Below are positions 62,360 through 64,000 of a stretch of DNA of 64,000 nt, piece by piece; position 1 is the first letter of the stretch, and each line of letters begins with the position of its first letter. A program made the translations under genes and the position numbers. The stretch is from Chiloscyllium plagiosum (lineage: Eukaryota): assembly GCF_004010195.1 (NCBI RefSeq), contig NC_057750.1, positions 12,605,899-12,669,898 on the forward strand, written 5' to 3'. The notes below the pieces were generated by a model. The model was not told the DNA's origin. It ran no database searches and was given only the letters and a program-made list of their open reading frames with translations.

Positions 62360-62477
62360 CAATACACCTACAACACACACATACACAAATAACATATACA
62401 CATGCATACACATCACGCACACGTCTACACTGCCACATACATATACCATGTACACACACAAACTCTCACACACACTC
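62360..62477. repeat. Degenerate (CA)n microsatellite
   Basis: Interrupted CA/TA repeats. Confidence 0.75.
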
Positions 62478-62563
62478 TAATAATAATTCAAACTTATCTT
62501 TTTCCCAAATCATCTAATTTTTACCACTTTTCTGTTTGTCGGGTATTGATGTGAAGAAAGTTG

Positions 62564-63262
62564 TGTTATGCAGATGTGGGTGTAGTGTATCTTTAAGAGA
62601 GTTAAAAGCTAACAGAACTACCTGACAGCACTAAGTGTTTTGAATAAGATACAATGTAACATGTGGTCCAGCAGCTTGTGTAGGTGGTTGCCTGGAGACA
62701 AAAACAAATTTGCATTAGGCCAATCAGTTTAAATTATGCCTTGAAAAATACCAAACTCCAATCAAGTTTGAATTGAGTATATTGACTCTCTTAAAAGCCA
62801 ATGACACAATCCGATGCTTTAGCAGGTATAAGACCGGGGAAAATTGAACAGTTGAAGGAGAACTGTCAAGCCACCAGCATCTGCAGACTGTCCAGAGAAT
62901 AGCTCTCTTAAATGTATCTTTATCGATCATTGACCTATGAAATGGAAATTCCTCAGAAGAAAAAAAGAAGACTGACGAAGAGAAGATTTGACTTTTGGCT
63001 GGTTTTAAAAACTTGAATTTTTGGTAAACCTTCATTGGGGGTTTTTTATCGGACTAGTATTGTAGAAAGGGAAGGTAAAAGATGGGTTAGAGGAAGGAGT
63101 TGGTAAATAGTTAATTATTCTCTGTTAAACCTTAAGAAATAAAGTTGTTAATTTTTACTTTAGTTCTTGGCCTCTTGAATTTTCACAGATTACTGCACGT
63201 GATAAATCTTTTCTGTGTTGCTGGTTTAAATTAAGCAGGAGGGTTTAGCCCGTGTCGTAACA
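62564..63262 (+). mobile_element. Solo LTR related to the Gmr1-type LTR, with 4-bp TSD
   Basis: TGTTATG...CGTAACA flanked by GTTG (62560-62563 and 63263-63266). Contains CCAAT boxes, TATAA ~62828 and AATAAA ~63138; its 5' end resembles the start of the LTR at 27529. Confidence 0.85.
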
Positions 63263-64000
63263 GTTGCTTCCATATTTTATTACTCTAAAATAAAAACAAA
63301 CCAATAAAAATAAATGTTCTGGAAGTACTTAGGAGGCATGGCAGCATCAGTGGAGAGATAAATAGAATTAACATTTGAATCATGCTGCCTGCTGGGGATT
63401 TACAACACTTTCTGATTTTATTACAGAGACTAAAGGATTTAGGATATTCAGAGATCATGAAAGGTGCTGTATGAAAAGAAGTCCACACTCTTAGCAACTG
63501 TCATCTGTGCATTCTAATTTCATCATGGCACAGCATTTACAGTCTGCTCTCAAATACTTGTATCTATTTATTGTGTTAATTTGTTTGGAAAGTATGGAAA
63601 CAATCAATGCAGCTGCACACTATCTGGCCAATTCTGCTGAGCATTATTATTACATTAATGAAGCACACCTCCACTGGGGGGAGACCCAGGTGAACCACAA
63701 GAATAGTGGAGAGATACTTGCAAGCAGATATAGAGAAATTGAAATATTCATTTCAAAAACAAGTATGTATAACTTCGTGAAGGAGCTATGGAGCAGATAT
63801 TTCTTCACATGTCATACCCAATATAACCAACTGGTGGCAGTACCATGACACTTGTGGGTAGAGTTGTACTGTATACGTTTCAGTTGTGTAATCATTTTTA
63901 ACCTATGTCTTTCAATAAGTGATGCTTCTTTGGAATGAGATTTTGCTGATGTACTTTAATAATTTAGGAGTAGCATATCCTTTACATATAATAAATTGCA

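Noticed and set aside
63507..63848. 113-aa plus-strand ORF with a hydrophobic N-terminal stretch
   Set aside because: No recognisable family or supporting exon chain; ORFs of this length arise by chance.

Overview
This is vertebrate genomic DNA, almost certainly from an elasmobranch (shark): it carries HE1-type V-SINEs, HER1-like CR1 LINE tails and shark-type Penelope termini. Most of the window is transposon debris: CR1, an L2/CR1-group LINE, Rex1/Babar, Tx1-like LINEs, three Penelope-like (PLE) families, Mag-type and Gmr1-type Gypsy elements, solo LTRs, Tigger-like MITEs and Harbinger remnants. Hidden in it, and not recognisable from the ORF track, is the 3' part of a plus-strand CATSPERG (CatSper gamma) gene. 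Its seven phase-compatible exons are 7296-7359, 7455-7553, 12309-12413, 15568-15660, 31778-31877, 36118-36244 and 41709-41851(stop), with a probable further terminal exon at 50693 and a poly(A) signal at 50847. The most notable non-genic signals are recurrent fold-back PLE mini-elements carrying minimal hammerhead-ribozyme cores and 13-17 bp TSDs, a twin-priming-type inverted PLE, a Gmr1-type Gypsy (SCAN-like gag, integrase before RT) and an unexplained perfect 25-bp hairpin. All family assignments come from motif recognition by eye; no searches were run, and repeat boundaries are approximate unless a TSD is given.
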